A DNA stretch of 41,479 bases from Pseudomonadota bacterium (GTDB taxonomy: Bacteria; Pseudomonadota; Alphaproteobacteria; Paracaedibacterales; CAIOTO01): contig JAZKDQ010000011.1 in assembly GCA_040387495.1 (NCBI GenBank), forward strand, positions 1-41,479. The letters are read 5' to 3'. Positions 37,763-41,479 of this stretch are shown here, piece after piece. Made by a program: the position numbers and the translations under genes. The notes beneath the pieces are model-generated. The model searched no databases. It was not told the DNA's origin and saw only the letters and a list, made by a program, of their open reading frames with translations. Positions within the stretch are counted from its first letter, which is position 1; every line of letters begins with the position of its first letter.

Positions 37763-40700
37763 GTTTTTCTTGAACTGAATTTTGTGACAAGCGACCTTTT
37801 AGATGATTAAAATCAACATGATCGAGCAATTGATCTTGATTAGCGCAGCTGTAAATGACTGTTTCTACACCCGTAACAGGGTCTTTATGAACCTGCAAGC
37901 ACTGTGCGCAAATTTCTTTCATCATGCACTGCATAGGTGAATTAATGCTGCCAAATGCAATATGTTTTGGGTTAAAAATACCACGTAATTTTCCATGACG
38001 CGCACGTGCAACCGCAGCCATAAGTGTGTCTGAACCGATCACAAGCATGCGTGAAGTTTCTAATAAGGGAATACCTATACCTGTGTTGCCCAATTCTCCT
38101 GCTGCATATGCGCTAATGGCATCAATGGGGTTTCCATGAAAACTAAAGTCAGTTGGCCTAATTTGTTGAAAGGCATTTGATTCATCGCAACACCAAATCA
38201 CTGTGTCTGCGGCAGCTTCAATTTCTGCAACTTTAAAACGATCTTCACCTTTTTTATATCCTGCTATATAGAGCACACGGCAGCCATTATCGCGCATAGC
38301 TTTGCCAATTGAAAACAGTACTGCGTTACCAAGGCCCCCACCAATAAGCAATACTGTTTCATCTTTAGGAATATGTGTTGCAGCACCAGTTGGTCCCATC
38401 AACACAACAGGTTCTCCAACTTTAAGATGTGCGCATAAATTAGATGAGCCTCCCATTTCTAATACAATTGTCGCAATTAATCCTTTTTCACGATCTACCC
38501 ATGCACCGGTCAGAGCAAGGCCCTCCATCGCAAAACGTGTCTCGTGATGATAAGGCGCACATGTTTCAAAATTTTGGAGGCGATAAAATTGTCCAGGTTG
38601 AAATGATTCAGCAGCTAAAGGCGCCTCTAATACGACCTCAACAATGGTTGGAGTCAGCCTATTTACAGCATGCACTTTTGCGGTGAGAGATCGATTGAGT
38701 TGTTCTAAAAAATTTGGTTTTATGTCTGAAGTGACTGATTTTAAAAGGCGTGTAATGATTGGATAGCCCCGCTTAGCGCTTGCCATGGCTTTTACAACAT
38801 TGCCAGAAAAAGATGGGTGTAAATCACCAAAAAAACTCATTCCACGATTATCTGGACGTTTTTCCATTAAAACATGAACAGCATCAGGTTTTGCTGATTT
38901 TTGTGGAGTTACTGATATGCCATTTTCATCAAGTGCTTGAAATGTACCATCGGATGTTATTGGGTGTGACTCATCAAATGTAAGATTTATATTAGGTTTT
39001 GTGCCTGCTGCAATTAAAATTGTTTTTCCTGATATGGTTTGTTGGGTGCCATTAACTTCAACGATAAGCCCTTTTGCATGCCCCCAGGCATCAATAATAA
39101 TTTCTTTCGGCACAGCATTTGTTTTAATAAAAATTCCTTCTTCAAGTGCTTTTTCAACTTCTTCATGATTAAGGCGATAGCTTGGTGCTTTCACTAAATT
39201 GCCACGATATAAAAGAGTGGCACCGCCTAGAGTTTGAATGATTTCTTGAATCTCTGTTGATGTTTTGACCAAGGCGAATAAAGCGGCATGAGCAAGCATT
39301 TCATCAGCAACAATCTGGTCATGCTCAGTCCACTTAGATCGCACATGTACTTCGCCATGCACTTTTGTCATGGCATCATAACGTCTTTTAAATTTCTTTG
39401 CTTGAATAGGGTAGTATGCCATAGCCTCCGTTGCTGTATCAATAGCTGTTAGCCCACCACCAATAACCACAATAGGAAGTCTAACTTGCAAATTAGCAAG
39501 GGAATCTTCTTTGTGCGCTCCTGATAGCTGTAAAGACATTAAGAAATCACTTGCTTGCCGAACACCAGGCACAAGCGCATTCTTCATGGGGATAAGCGTA
39601 GGGCTACCTGCTCCCATACACAGTGCAATATGATCAAAACCAAGTTCAAACGCACGCTCGCTTGATAAAGTTCCACCAAAGCGAATGCCGCCTTTAAGTA
39701 AGAATTGAGACCGCCTTTGCAGTAAGATGCGGATAACTTTAAGATAGTTTTTATCCCACCTAACCGTAATGCCATATTCAGCAACACCGCCAAATCCTCC
39801 CGTTATGCGGGAAGAGAGTGGTTCACGCAAGTCATCCCAATTATAAATAGGTGTGAAAGCTTTTTTTTCACCGGTGGAAATGCTGCCATTTTGATCTGAG
39901 GGCAGGGGCTCTATTTTAAGACCATCAATGCCTACAACAGTATGACCGTCATTTAGTAAATGATGAGCAAGATTAAAACCCGCGGGCCCCATACCCACAA
40001 TTAATACGCGCTTATTGGTAGGGGGGGGTGGTAATATGCGTCTAAAGTTCATGGGATTCCAACGGCTCAATAAACTATAAATTTCAAAGCCCCAAGGTAA
40101 ATTTAATATATCATTCAGCGTTTGTGTTTCAATCTCAGGAATTGCGACGGGTTCTTGCTTTTGAAATATGCACGCCTTGGTACAGTCGTTGCAAATACGA
40201 TGACCTGTTGCAGCAAGCAATGGGTTATCAATCATGGCAACAGCGAGTGCGCCAAGAGGAATACCATCACCCTTAAGCTGATTCATCTCGGATATTTTTT
40301 CTTCCAGAGGACAACCAAGCAAATCAATCCCTAGTGGATTTTTTTGTATACCGATTTCAGGGAGACGGATTTTAAGACCTTTTGAACACGAATCCTTGCC
40401 CTGATGGTGACAATGAATGCAATACTTACATTGTTCAATTGAAAAACTGCGTGTAACACCATCATCCGTTGCATTGAAACCTTGCCGTGCGCGAAGTGTT
40501 TCGTTTTGTACGCCATGATTACCATCACGCGCATGTATTAAAAGTGATTGGTAATCAAGTGCGCGAGGTATCTTGAAGAGGACTGACTGCGCATAACGAT
40601 CCTGTCCAGCATCTGTAAGTGTAGCAAAGGCTGCAAATCTAGCTGCCTGATCAAGTTTATCTGCATGTATTTCTGGGTTTTGAAGCCAAGATTCTATAGT

Positions 40701-41114
40701 CTTTGCAAAAGCAAGGTCATTCGTATAGTTGAAAGTTATTTCAGAAGTCGATGAGTCATATTTTTTTAACGCGAACCTTTGAACGAATTGCCGTTTAATG
40801 AATGGAATAATGCTTAATTCATTATGTGATTTTTTAAGGCTAATCAGGGCAGGGGTGATATCAAATAGGTTTGCTATAAATTCTTCAACAAAGGGAGCCA
40901 ACGCAATAATTAAAGAACTTTCATCTTTTGCAAGCAATGCATCAGGTGCCGTTTGCGCCGCGTGCCAGCGTGCGCATAATTCAAAATCTAATTCGTTTAA
41001 AAATTGGTTAAAATACTGGTGTATTTTTGTAAGACCATCATTGCTATACAAATCTTGAAAATTTAGATCATAGCTGAGATTAAGTGTTTTTTCACAAGGG
41101 ATGGAAGCTATCAT
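37725..41114 (-). CDS. Large Fe-S flavoprotein: GltD/NfnB-like module fused to a PyrK/NfnA-like module
   Basis: CIHCH...SCSKG...GCPL, GHRICNDCTKAC, VGMGPAG, IGGGLTAID, then FQPGQF, MGPTG, GGGLG, MQCMMKEICAQC...C. Confidence 0.88.
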   Translation of the reverse strand: MIASIPCEKTLNLSYDLNFQDLYSNDGLTKIHQYFNQFLNELDFELCARWHAAQTAPDALLAKDESSLIIALAPFVEEFIANLFDITPALISLKKSHNELSIIPFIKRQFVQRFALKKYDSSTSEITFNYTNDLAFAKTIESWLQNPEIHADKLDQAARFAAFATLTDAGQDRYAQSVLFKIPRALDYQSLLIHARDGNHGVQNETLRARQGFNATDDGVTRSFSIEQCKYCIHCHHQGKDSCSKGLKIRLPEIGIQKNPLGIDLLGCPLEEKISEMNQLKGDGIPLGALAVAMIDNPLLAATGHRICNDCTKACIFQKQEPVAIPEIETQTLNDILNLPWGFEIYSLLSRWNPMNFRRILPPPPTNKRVLIVGMGPAGFNLAHHLLNDGHTVVGIDGLKIEPLPSDQNGSISTGEKKAFTPIYNWDDLREPLSSRITGGFGGVAEYGITVRWDKNYLKVIRILLQRRSQFLLKGGIRFGGTLSSERAFELGFDHIALCMGAGSPTLIPMKNALVPGVRQASDFLMSLQLSGAHKEDSLANLQVRLPIVVIGGGLTAIDTATEAMAYYPIQAKKFKRRYDAMTKVHGEVHVRSKWTEHDQIVADEMLAHAALFALVKTSTEIQEIIQTLGGATLLYRGNLVKAPSYRLNHEEVEKALEEGIFIKTNAVPKEIIIDAWGHAKGLIVEVNGTQQTISGKTILIAAGTKPNINLTFDESHPITSDGTFQALDENGISVTPQKSAKPDAVHVLMEKRPDNRGMSFFGDLHPSFSGNVVKAMASAKRGYPIITRLLKSVTSDIKPNFLEQLNRSLTAKVHAVNRLTPTIVEVVLEAPLAAESFQPGQFYRLQNFETCAPYHHETRFAMEGLALTGAWVDREKGLIATIVLEMGGSSNLCAHLKVGEPVVLMGPTGAATHIPKDETVLLIGGGLGNAVLFSIGKAMRDNGCRVLYIAGYKKGEDRFKVAEIEAAADTVIWCCDESNAFQQIRPTDFSFHGNPIDAISAYAAGELGNTGIGIPLLETSRMLVIGSDTLMAAVARARHGKLRGIFNPKHIAFGSINSPMQCMMKEICAQCLQVHKDPVTGVETVIYSCANQDQLLDHVDFNHLKGRLSQNSVQEKLTKQWVDFCLTD

Positions 41115-41130
41115 TACAATACAGTTTGAT

Positions 41131-41177
41131 TGGTCGGCGCCGTGAGATTTGAATCTACGGCCCGTCGATTAAAAGTC
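41131..41177 (-). other. 3' fragment of tRNA-Lys(UUU), probable att site of an integrated element
   Basis: Minus strand GACTTTTAATC-GACGGGCC-GTAGATTCAAATCTCAC-GGCGCCG-ACCA gives anticodon loop, T loop and CCA. The 5' half is replaced by AT-rich DNA and the T stem is mismatched. Confidence 0.7.
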
Positions 41178-41316
41178 TTTTCAATATGTACTATTTTTTT
41201 TTTAATCATCTTTAGTAAACCTTGATAATCTTATGTTTCTACGTATATTTTCTTTATGGTTATTAATCAAATTTAACCGCATTCTACCAAAAAGGTAGAG
41301 CCAAAGTAGCACAAAA

Positions 41317-41412
41317 ATGAATGATAAAGAGGACAAATTTAATTTTACAAAACGCACCTTAGGTACGTTAAAACTACCAGATAAAGGCAAACGTGTCTAT
41401 TACGGTTTATAA
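41317..41412 (+). pseudogene. N-terminal stub of a tyrosine integrase (P4-type arm-binding domain)
   Basis: MNDKEDKFNFTKRTLGTLKLPDKGKRVYY then stop; adjacent to the tRNA fragment. Confidence 0.55.
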
Positions 41413-41479
41413 TGCCCCCCATAAAATAGACCAGTTGGCAAAGGAGAGATACCGTCTTGAAGGTCAAGCCTTTTTTATG
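41408..41479. mobile_element. Possible IS3-family terminus truncating the integrase
   Basis: TATAATGCCCCCCCATAAAATAGACCA resembles IS3/IS150-type TIRs and begins where integrase similarity ends. The rest lies outside the window. Confidence 0.35.

Noticed and set aside
41131..41210. Intact tRNA-Lys gene
   Set aside because: No D arm or 5' acceptor strand, and the T stem is mismatched.
41263..41277. TTAA pairs here and at 13904-13917 as CtrA boxes
   Set aside because: Spacer is 6 nt, not 7.

Overview
AT-rich alphaproteobacterial chromosome segment. Gene content, IS load and many orphan signal-peptide genes suggest a Holosporales/Rickettsiales-like endosymbiont (inference). Most of it is housekeeping: miaA, lpdA, pnp, glnA, tolB, eipB, metG, pntAa/pntAb/pntB, sua5/tsaC, rsfS, rlmH, tim44-mltA-smr, a LonC-type protease, an RND pump pair, a BioC/NDUFAF5-like methyltransferase and a large GltD/NfnB + PyrK/NfnA fused oxidoreductase. 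Accessory material comprises (1) a decaying two-gene operon at 1-3431 (signal-peptide SAM-methyltransferase and GMC oxidoreductase, both frameshifted, the latter cut by an IS982-like end); (2) a probable IS256 composite transposon at 6860-10556 with an 8-bp target duplication, carrying an orphan secreted-protein gene and an IS982 remnant; (3) several orphan secreted low-complexity proteins, one strongly prion-like, most preceded by TTAA-N7-TTAA CtrA-type boxes; and (4) at the right edge a tRNA-Lys 3' fragment (att site) next to a truncated integrase, marking the start of a genomic island. Two 100-N assembly gaps fall inside coding tandem repeats. All family assignments come from motif recognition by eye, not database searches.
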